Shown in pieces: positions 1 through 9,309 of a stretch of DNA of 64,000 bases (position 1 is its first letter; every line of letters begins with the position of its first letter). The notes beneath the pieces were generated by a model. That model was given only the letters and a program-made list of their open reading frames with translations. It was not told the origin of the DNA and ran no database searches. The translations under genes and the position numbers were made by a program. The DNA lies in contig CDRNVI010000034.1 of assembly GCA_977017575.1 (NCBI GenBank), forward strand, positions 1 to 64,000, read 5' to 3'. The stretch is from Paramoeba atlantica. Lineage: Eukaryota; Protista; Discosea.

Positions 1-372
1 GGGTTGGGCTTCGCAAATTACTTCCCACTAACGTCAGACGTTTTTGTCTTGCACACGGATAAACAAGGTTTTGGCTTTATTACGGGTTGGGTATGGTGGA
101 ATTGTTGGGCTTCGCAAATAACTTCCCACTAACGTCAGATGCTTTTATCTTGCAGACGGGTAAACAAGGTCTTGGCTTATTACGGTTGGGTATGGTGGAA
201 TTGTTGGGCTTCGCAAATAGCTTCCCACTAACGTCAGATGCTTTTATCTTGCAGACGGGTAAACAAGGTCTTGGCTTATCACGGGTTGGGTATGGTGGAA
301 TTGTTGGGCTTCGCAAATAGCTTCCCACTAACGTCAGACGTTGTTATCTTGCAGACGGGTAAACAAGGTCTT
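1..372. repeat. Tandem repeat, ~100-bp unit, ~3.7 copies (runs off window start)
   Basis: TTGGGCTTCGCAAAT recurs at 4, 105, 204 and 304; units are near-identical. Confidence 0.95.
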
Positions 373-466
373 GGCTTCCGCCTTTTTTTCTAGAATTTTT
401 TTTCTAGGGCCTTTCTCCAATTTTTTTGAAGGACTCAATTTGTTTTCGAAGGGCTTGCTCAAAATA

Positions 467-646
467 TGCATTATCAGTGTGCGAGTTTTATGCATTATCA
501 GTGTGCGAGTTTTTATGCATTATCAGTGCGCCTATATGCATTATAAGTGTGCTAATATGCATTATCAGTGTGCCAATATGCATTATCAGTGTGCGAGTTT
601 TATGCATTATCAGTGTGCGAGTTTTATGCACTATCAGTGTGCGAGT
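467..646. repeat. Minisatellite, 21-23-bp unit (ATGCATTATCAGTGTGCGAGTTTT / ATGCATTATCAGTGTGCCAAT), ~8 copies
   Basis: Directly visible tandem units. Confidence 0.93.
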
Positions 647-890
647 GGCGGGGGGTCCCGAGGGGGGGGCATACCGCACGAAATATTTTTTTGAAAAAAA
701 TCTCTTTCGAAAAAAAACCGCAGAAGGGGCAGCCGGGATCTTGGCGCGTATTTTCCAACCACCTACCCGGGGGTGACAACCCCGCGTATCCGCAGTACGG
801 GTCCGCCAAACTCGGATTTTTTCAAAACAAATTGAAAAAAAATTCAACTTGGCGAAAAAAATGGCAAAAAGATATTTTCCTGATATTCTT
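647..890 (+). mobile_element. Module B, internal portion (Helitron2-like 5' region lacking its terminal hairpin)
   Basis: Matches 4110-4310, 9053-9200 and 19980-20180 (CCGCAGAA-GGG-AGCCGGG-TCTTGGCGCG...CCCGGGGGTGAC...CGCGTATCCGCAG-ACGGGTCCGCCAA). Confidence 0.8.
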
Positions 891-1036
891 CCTGCTTTTC
901 AACGCTTTTTTCAGAAAATTTTCTTCACGCTCAGGTTACTTTTCCCTCCGCCCACACTTTTGTTTCCTACTTTTCCCTCCGCCGAAGCATGAGAAAAAAT
1001 ATAAAAAAAGGGGATAAGGCTACATTTACACCACCT

Positions 1037-1833
1037 TCACTCCTCATATTCATCATCGGTTGAATCTTCATATTTCGGAACCGTTGGCAACGCTTCTTCA
1101 CGATTAACTTGGTTCTTTGGGGCATCGAAAGACGGAACAACGATGGGGACACTGGAAGATGCTCCAATGTTATACGTGTTCGTCATGGAATACGTCGCTT
1201 CACCCTTGTTGTGAGACATGCTTCGTGCTGTATTAGAGTCTTCTGAGGTACCGTGAAGTGTCTCAGCTACCTTTGCGGATGCGCGGCGAGTGGAATCTAT
1301 GTACTATTGGGCGGTCTTAGAGATCTGCCATTTAAAGAATGCCTGTAGCTCACTTACGGTTCGACCACCTTCAGTAAGATGGCAAGCTGTTGTGCGTCGC
1401 AGCGCATGTCCTGTGAAGCTTTCCGCGTCATCCAGGTTAAGATGCGCAGCCATGAACTTCGGTATTCCTCTCATAGATTGTGCCCCCATGGGCGCATTCT
1501 TTAATCCATTGGAGATACCAGATTTTTTATTCAACCACATTACGTTACGAAACAGAGGCATAAACTTTTTATCGATCGTGATTCTAGAGAGATACTTTCG
1601 TAACGCGTCTCCCGGAACAAGAAACTTTGACTGCGTCGTGGAAGATCTGTGCTTTCCTCTAAAGAGACTCACCCACAATCTCTTTATTTCCCCTGAGTCT
1701 GCTTCTGCAATGCACTTCGTTGTCAGAGTTCGTGCTTCACCCATGCGGAGGCCTCCATAGTATCCACTGCAACGAGGGCAATGTTGCGAACGCACTCATC
1801 ATCTTCTCGATTTTCCGAGAAGGGGATTTCCAT
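1037..1833 (-). pseudogene. Crypton-like tyrosine recombinase (degenerate: 1 frameshift, 1 in-frame TAG)
   Basis: Box I NIALVAV/GYYGGLRMGE (frameshift at ~1767). Box II PMGAQSMRGIPKFMAAHLNLDDAESFTGHALRRTTACHL..G...LQAFFKWQISKTAQ*YID. The TAG at 1304-1306 directly precedes the catalytic Tyr codon (1301-1303), and the frame continues to 1037. Confidence 0.85.
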
Positions 1834-1890
1834 GTGATGGGCGGTGAATATGAAAATAAAAAGAAACTGCAAAGAAAGGGGGAATACTCT

Positions 1891-2553
1891 ATGTCGCGCG
1901 AAAGTGAAACTTACACACGACCCCAGTTAAAAGATCGGACGCAAGACAATCAGTGGACACAACCTGGACAATTTATACCGGACACAGTTATAAACACTTT
2001 AGGTTCAGTACTTTCAAGACCGTCTGAAAGATATCAAGTATTGGATAGTTCTGTGGCAACTACGATTTTTAAGAGATATGCCACATCAGTAGGGGATTTA
2101 CCGGCAGAAATAAGAACAAGAATTTTCTTGGCTGACCGCACTGCCGTTCCATTCTTTTTCAATCAACACTTCGCTCTATGTGTTATCGTACCGCATGAAA
2201 ATAAAGAAGGCGGAAAGTTACTTTGGTTCGATTCCCTGCCTAACCACAATCCGAGGAGAAGAACTGAAGTGCTCTTAGATGTGCAAACTGTTGCGCAAAA
2301 TATCTTTCACGGAGCACATGGCTGGGAGATTATACAGGGCTCAACCTTGGTGCAAGATGATGGCACCAATGACTGTGCTTTATTCGTTTGCCGTTGGATG
2401 ATTCAGTGCGCAACTCCAGGTCTCGAAACACCTCCTGAACTGTCTCGTACGGAACTTGCTCAGATCGTCAGCCGGGAATCGGTAGAAGCGGTATGGGCAA
2501 AAGAGCGAAGAACAAGAAATACAGTGGAACAAGAAATGTACAGTGGAAAATAG
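1891..2553 (+). CDS. Ulp1/SENP-like (peptidase C48) cysteine protease
   Basis: Catalytic motifs in the correct order: NQHFALCVI (His), LLWFDSL (Asp), VQDDGTNDCALFV (Gln/Cys). ORF track 1720..2553; ATG 1891 taken as the likely start. Confidence 0.8.
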   Translation: MSRESETYTRPQLKDRTQDNQWTQPGQFIPDTVINTLGSVLSRPSERYQVLDSSVATTIFKRYATSVGDLPAEIRTRIFLADRTAVPFFFNQHFALCVIVPHENKEGGKLLWFDSLPNHNPRRRTEVLLDVQTVAQNIFHGAHGWEIIQGSTLVQDDGTNDCALFVCRWMIQCATPGLETPPELSRTELAQIVSRESVEAVWAKERRTRNTVEQEMYSGK

Positions 2554-2894
2554 AAAAGAAATTAGAGTAAATTGATACGAAAATCACATTCATTTTGAAT
2601 ACCTTCTTCATGAGAAGAGGGTCCTCAGACAATCATCTCTCGCCTTGACGTGGCGTCTGAGCTTAATGCCTGTTGGCTAACCAAGCAGAGATACATAAAG
2701 AACTGTCAACGAACGAAATGTTCCGTATGCACGGCCTGGTGTAAGTGTTGGGGGAACCTCGGTTCCGTCTCACTGAGCCAGTGGACGTGCCTATAGGTGC
2801 ACTTTTGCATTATTAAAGTACAACATAAAGAGCTCAATGCTTAACATAAACAAGACGTAAGTAGAATCGAACATAGACCTCCCAGAGGCAAAAT

Positions 2895-3352
2895 GTTAGC
2901 CGGGCGGGCCACTCAAAAAAAAGATTTCAGAAGCTTGTTTTCTTCAAGATTGCCCGCCACGATGTAAAGCACTCCCCGCTCCAGCGGGTCTGCACCGCCT
3001 CGAAGGGCCCGCCCGGCGGGCCCTTCAAAAAAAAGATTTCAGAAGCTTGTTTCCTTCAAGATTACCTTCCACGATGTAAAGCACTCCCCGCGCCAGCGGG
3101 TCTGCACCGCCTCGAAGGGCCCGCCCGGCGGGCCCTTCAAAAAAAAGATTTCAGAAGCTTGTTTCCTTCAAGATTACCTTCCACGATGTAAAGCACTCCC
3201 CGCGCCAGCGGGTCTGCACCGCCTCGAAGGGCCCGCCCGGCGGGCCCTTCAAAAAAAAGATTTCAGAAGCTTGTTTCCTTCAAGATTACTTGTCACGAGG
3301 TAAAGCACCACCCGCTCCAGCGGGTCTGCACCGCCTCGAACGGCCCGCCGTA
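2895..3352 (+). repeat. Module C tandem array (~112-bp unit, ~3.7 copies), each unit ending in GC hairpin GAAGGGCCCGC-CCG-GCGGGCCCTTC + A-run; Helitron-like 3' end
   Basis: Units start AAAAGATTTCAGAAGCTTG. The same unit lies just downstream of RepHel (17780-17872) and inverted at 23462-23562. Confidence 0.85.
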
Positions 3353-3353
3353 T

Positions 3354-3558
3354 AACCCAGATTGAAAGGGTCGAGGGAGATACGAAGCAACAGGCGTGGC
3401 AGATTCCCAATGAAAAGAAATGGTATCTCCCCGCACGAGAAAAGCCTTTGCGCTTTCTAGCTCGGAGGCAAACTTCGTGCGGGAGATACCATTTCTTTTC
3501 AGTGGGAATCTGCCACGCCTGTTGCTTCGTATCTCCCTCGCCCCTTTCAATCTGGGTT
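3354..3558. mobile_element. Palindromic foldback/MITE-like element D (copy 1), ~85-bp arms
   Basis: AACCCAGATTGAAAGGG... / ...CCCTTTCAATCTGGGTT inverted arms around a ~36-nt loop; second copy at 23257-23461. Confidence 0.85.
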
Positions 3559-4382
3559 GCGGTGGTTGTAAAACTACCGCTCTACACTCGATTATTGAAA
3601 AAAACAGTGAACAAAAACAGTGAAAACATAAAGAGGAGCACAGTAATATAATAGAAGAAAAAAATATAAAAGGGGGCTCCGGTGGTCCAAAACTGAAATA
3701 AAAATTGAAAAAATGGGGGGTCCATGTGGGGGTTCCAGGGGGGGTCGTCCAGGGGGGGGGTCCAGGGGGGGGGCATGAGCGGAGGTGGCGGAGTTAGCGG
3801 AGGTGGCGGAGTGGCAAGAATTCAAAGTTTGAAGCACATCGTGCTCAGACGGCGAGTTCAGACTATAAACAATTGCGGTGGTTGTAAAACTACCGCTCTA
3901 CACTCGATTATTGAAAAAAACAGTGAACAAAAACAGTGAAAATATAAAGAGGAACACAGTAATATAATAGAAGAAAAAAATATAAAAGGGGGCTCCGGTG
4001 GTCCAAAACTGAAATAAAAATTGAAAAAATGGGGGGTCCATGGGGGGGGGGTCCATGGGGGGGGTCCAGGGGGGGCGTCCATGGGGGGGTCCATGGGGGG
4101 GTCCAGGGGGGGGTCCAGGGGGGAGGGTCATGGTCGAGCAAATTTTTTCGAAAAAATTAGTTTTCGAAAAAAAACCGCAGAAAGGGTAGCCGGGGTCTTG
4201 GCGCGCATTTTCCACCCTCCTACCCGGGGGTGACCCCCCCGCGTATCCGCAGGACGGGTCCGCCAAGTTCGGATTCTTTCGGAAAATGTTTTTTGAAAAA
4301 AATTTCAACTGCGATTTCTTTTTTAGGCTCTTCGTTAAACGCGGTGGTAGTTTTCAACTCGAAGAGCGCAGCATGAGTGACT
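3557..4382 (+). mobile_element. Two B modules (3557-3775, 3873-4310), separated by an ~85-bp fragment of the ZnF ORF 3' end and followed by half of hairpin A
   Basis: Both start TTGCGGTGGTTGTAAAACTACCGC. About 3795-3860 matches 11271-11335. 4312-4382 is the A left arm plus loop. Confidence 0.8.
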
Positions 4383-4674
4383 TATTGATAGTTTTATAGT
4401 TTCTGCAAACCCTGGAAAAAAGAATTACACCGCCAGAAAATGCTACAAAAAAGGGCTGTACGTAATGGGCTAAAGTGCTTTGTGCTAAAATCGCGTCTTT
4501 CTGATATTGGTTGAGTTTTTTTGATTCTAATTTCGATCTTTTTTGATGGTTTTGGCTAGTCTTTATTTTTACGTTTTTCAAGAGTTTCAATTTATTGGGC
4601 TTAACGAATCTTCTAAACCCCATTTTTATTCGTTTTAAAATATTTTTCCAAAATTGTTTCACCTATTGTATTTT

Positions 4675-4945
4675 GATAACCATTTTTATTAAGATAACAA
4701 TTTTTATTAAGATAACAATTTTTATTAAGATAACAATTTTTATTAAGATAACAATTTTTATTAAGATAACAATTTTTATTAAGATAACAATTTTTATTAA
4801 GATAACAATTTTTATTAAGATAACAATTTTTATTAAGATAACGATTTTTATTAAGATAACAATTTTTATTAAGATAACAATTTTTATTAAGATAACAATT
4901 TTTATTAAGATAACAATTTTTATTAAGATAACAATTTTTATTAAT
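4675..4945. repeat. 18-bp minisatellite (AAGATAACAATTTTTATT)n, ~15 copies
   Basis: Directly visible and near-perfect; abuts the LINE 5' end. Confidence 0.97.
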
Positions 4946-7900
4946 GGCAATTAATAATAATTGGGCGGAGGCGTCCGGACCTTTTGGGGGCTTCTTGGCG
5001 GTCAAAGGAAAATTCCGATTGGCCACGTGTTGTCGGGGAAACCTGTTTCTACCTAAAAAGCGGAAATGGGGAGTAGCCAAACTCCGACCGCGGGACCTGT
5101 TTCGAATGTCATGTCTTTTTTCTCCTGGAAAACGCTTTGCTGTTTCCTGGAGTATGTCATATGATTTGTGTACGAGGTTGTGGGAGGGGACTGTTAAATC
5201 TATACTTCCGGACGGTAGACGTCTAGTGAAGTATGATTTAGTGGATGATCGCCTTTTCCTGTTTCCTCCGAAAGATGAACGAGTTCAAATTCTGGGTGGT
5301 AGGGTAGGTTTCTTGGGAAAATGGAAATCCAAACGGAATAGGAAACGCACCAACTGTCCTCGAAGTGGCTACCGGGGTCAGGGATCCGAGAAGAATGCTA
5401 ATAGAGGGGGTTTTACGATAAGTGCCCTAAACGTGGACACCTTGAAAGTCAAAGCGACTGATACTTTCACGCTTCGGAAGTCGATTAGACTATATCAAGT
5501 GGCAGGTTTCATGAGGAGTCAACATGTTGACCTCATGGCGCTTCAGGAAACAAGGTTAAAATTTGATGATAAGGTTTCTATTTTACATAGGCAGCTCTTT
5601 TTAAACGGCATCTCACTTCACCTCTACCTGATGAGTGCAATCAACGGGTACAATGGCATGGCATTTTTGAGCACTAAACCTCTATCTGTTCAGAAGATTA
5701 GCGATCGCATTATGAGTGGACACTTCATCCTAGGTGAAACGAAATCCTGCATTTACAACGTCTATTCACCTACAGCGAAAGCTAACAAATCGACGCAACA
5801 AAATTTTGACGAAGACTTATTCGATGCATGTTATGGCGATGATAGTATGGTAAGAATCATTAGTGGAGATCTAAATTCGCCGCTACTCAACCCAGGGGGG
5901 AGAAAATGTTATACAAAGCGTGCAAAACAGTTACTAAAGCTACTATGCTCGCTTGGAGCTCAATCTGTACATGAAGGCTGTTGTGAAAGAAGAAAATGGA
6001 CGTATATATTTCCTAAAACGCGTCGGCATCCAGAGGGAATGACCAAGCAACTTGACCACATCGTTGTTAACAAAAGGTTTTTCTCTTCTATACGATCCAC
6101 GAAATGCCACATCGCACCCATACCTACCAGACATTGTGCTTTGACATCGAACTTCAATTTTCGATGGAAAAATCAAAAACTGTCTCAACAAAAGCCTTTT
6201 TGGGAGGCATTGAAAAATGATGAAATCCGAAATAAGTTTGTTTCGAAAGTAAAGGAATCTTTAAAATCTGTGCCAAAAAGAATTCGGTCGGAGGATCAGA
6301 AGTCCGAAAACGCGCCAAAAATGGAAATAGATAAGGCCAGCGAAATATCTTGGACAAGACCCTCTTCTGCTGTTAGAGTGACCGCATCTAGTCTGCCTAA
6401 GAAAACTAGTAACGCAAAAGAAATTCGCATTGATGCTGAAACAGATCTATCCGGATTTGACATGAAGTCTCTGCTGAAGATTGTGGGCAATAAAACTATG
6501 TTTGCTACTGCATGAAAAGAATTCTCTGAAAAGCTAGGCTCCTCTATTATAAATGAGTGCGACGCCCTGGAAAAAGAGCTTAAATCAACTCCAAAATCCG
6601 CGTACAGAACAATTCGAAAAATTGTAGGGGACAAGAAGCAAGATTTTCCGCTAGTTTCAACTACTGTAAACAGCAGCCTTAATATAGTGAAGAATCATTT
6701 CAGCATGGTAGGGGGTAGTGCTTACAAAGGTCATGAAGCAATAAGTTTACCTACTGCACCAAAACGACTGGCAAAAATTGATGATGGTGAATTTCGAGTG
6801 GAGGAACTAACTGCTGCGATGGTAAAGATTAAGTCAGGAAAAGCTACAGGCGATGATCATATCCCGATTGAAGCTCTACGTGCTATTTCAGCTGATCAAG
6901 ACTTGCATAATGCTCTCCTGGATATAATGAACGAAGTACGAAAAACCGGAAAAGCGGATGAATCTTGGAAATCGATATTGCAGGTCCCGTTGCCAAAGAA
7001 AGGTAACTTGCGCTCACTCACAAATTGGAGACCAATCTGTCTTGTGAATCATGTAGTGAAGATTTTGAATCGAATCAATTTAGACAGAATACAACCAGCA
7101 GTGGAAAGTTCGCTTCGCGGGAATCAATTCGGCTTTCGACCAAACCGCTCAACAGCTGGCGCTCAGGCAACGTTTTTAGAAATAATGGAAAAATCACGCC
7201 GAGGGGCTGGGCTGTTCGTCTGTTTTGTCGACTTTCAACAAGCCTTTCCTTCATTATCATTCGCTGCGATAAAAGAGACATTACGTGCTTTCGATATTCC
7301 CGAAAATCTCAGTTCTACGGTCATGTGTATTTATCAAAATCTCAAATCGCACGTGAAAACACCATACGGTAATACAGACTCATTTCCACTTTTACAGGGG
7401 ACTCTTCAAGGTGACGTTCTGGCCCCATACCTGTTTATTATGGTTCTTGATCGTATTTTAGTTGAATCTATCGACATAAATCGCTTAGGGCTTGTGACAC
7501 ATAGCTCAGAAACTAGGAGCAGAGGCCTAAAGGAACTGCGTGTATCTGATATAAATTATGCTGATGATATAGTTTTCTTCTCCGAATCCAAGGAGGAGCT
7601 AAGCACAATGTTGCACAAACTTAAAACTTCCGCAGAAAAAGCTAATTTGAAAATAAATGTCGGACCAAACAAAACGGCACGGATGACACTAGGTAAAGTT
7701 AAGGATGATGGAAGACCTTTGCAAGTAGTGACACTCGGCGATATACCAAAAGTCAAACAAAAAAAAATACCAAAAGTTACATATTATCGCTACTTGGGTA
7801 GCACTCAGAACGAGGAGGATCGCAGCTCAAACTCACAAGAAAGTGTACGATTAGGTTGGGCAATAATGCACAAACTCAAAGCCATATGGAGTTCTACTAT

Positions 7901-9052
7901 ATCACCAAAAAGCAAATTACACATCTTTAAGTCTCTCGTTCAATCAGTGGTCTATTATAATCCAGGGACTTGGAGTTTAAATAAGATAGAGCTACATGAA
8001 GTGGAAGTCCAAATGAACAGAATGAGGAGGGTCATGTTGGGAGTCAAGTGCTCGAAAGAGGCGCATTGCAGAGTAGACTCTCTTTACCCCACTGACCTAA
8101 AGCCCAATACTGTGATACAATTGCAACGTGCCTCGCTAGTAGGCCACCTTATTCGTCACCCTACTCCATTCGTAACTGCCGTACTATGGAGAACGAATGA
8201 TGAGAGTTCCAAGCCATCGCTATCAGAAAGATGTGCAAAAGAGTTACATTCTGACGTACCTGAGATTCTAAAACTTGGTCAAAATCGGTCTTAATGGTGC
8301 AAGAAACTTGAAAATCTTCAAAATCAGCTTGAACCCAGGCCCTCGTACACTAAAACAACTTCAAAACTATGGGAAAATCTTTTGGTAAAGGGGGTAAACA
8401 AGGGGTGCTACGAAACCCTACAATACATTGAAGAAGGGCGGCAACCATTTCCGATGGGGCCAAATGAAACACACATTTATACAGATGGAGCACGAATCGT
8501 TAAAAAGGATGAAACTCACACAGGTTGTGGGGTAGTCTGCCCCGCCGCGGGCCCTCTATATCTCTTGGGTTAAAACCTCCTCATGAATTCTCTCAATCTA
8601 TTCAGGAAATAGAATCCTTTGCCGCGCACGAGGCTCTTCTCATCGCATTGTCCTACGACGGAGATGTCATTTTGCACACGGATTCTGAGTATGTTTGGGA
8701 TTTCTTTCATGGAGCTATCCATAGGTTCAGATTCATAGGATTTAAATCATTTGAGGGAGGCGCTATACTTCAGAAATTGCAAGAAACATATATTTCGCTA
8801 AGATGGACAAAGCGCTTCTACTGCGTAAAAGTTAAAGCGCATAACGAAAATCCACATAATTATATGGCAGACTGGGTGGCTAAACAAGCAAGTAAAATAA
8901 GCAAGGGAGAAAAGGCTTTGAGATTCTACGGCGAGATTCCTCATGCAGAAGACAAGCGCAAAAACCATACCAACGGTGATTCTAATGGCAGCAAAATGCA
9001 GCGCAAACTTAAATCGGTAACCTCTAGCCAAATATGCACCCATGGTGAGCAC
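4944..9052 (+). mobile_element. Non-LTR retrotransposon (LINE): single decayed ORF Tudor-like + APE endonuclease + RT + RNase H
   Basis: ORFs 4944-6515, 6687-8294 and 8382-8573 share one frame, split by TGA 6513 and TAA 8292; a frameshift at ~8540 leads into 8525-9100. APE motifs: ALNVDTL, LMALQETR, NVYSPT, SGDLNS, LDHIVV. RT motifs: WRPICL, QFGFR, FVDF, LQGDVLAPYLF, YADD. RNase H motifs: IYTDG, EIE, HTDSEY, KVKAH, NYMADWVAK. Confidence 0.93.
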
Positions 9053-9262
9053 GTAGCCGTGGTCTTGGCGCGCATTTTCCACCCCCTTACCCGGGGGTAA
9101 TCCCCCCGCGTATCCGCAGGACGGGTTCGCCAAGTTTAGATTTTTTCAAAAAAAAAAATTTGAGAAAAAATTCAACTTGGCGGAAAAAATGGTAAAAAAA
9201 ATATTTTTTCAAATTTTTTTTCGCTATTGTATTTTGAGAGTTTGGGACCTATACTAGCCATT
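9053..9262 (+). mobile_element. Module B internal portion fused directly to the ZnF ORF
   Basis: Follows the B consensus up to GGGACCTATACTAGC, then switches to ZnF repeat sequence. Confidence 0.85.
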
Positions 9263-9309
9263 CGTTTCGAGAGCATCTCTCGAGTGCGAATCACAAAACC
9301 GAGAAGGAG

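Noticed and set aside
4595-5080. ORFs with IKITIF / NKNCYL / KIVILI repeats
   Set aside because: These are translations of the 18-bp minisatellite.
5000-5100. Possible HDV-like ribozyme or ingi 79-bp signature at the LINE 5' end (GTCGGGG...CTCCGAC pairing)
   Set aside because: I could not build P1, P1.1 and P3 consistently, and there is no match to the CCCTGGC...GTGGTGCCAGGG signature. An Infernal search would be needed.
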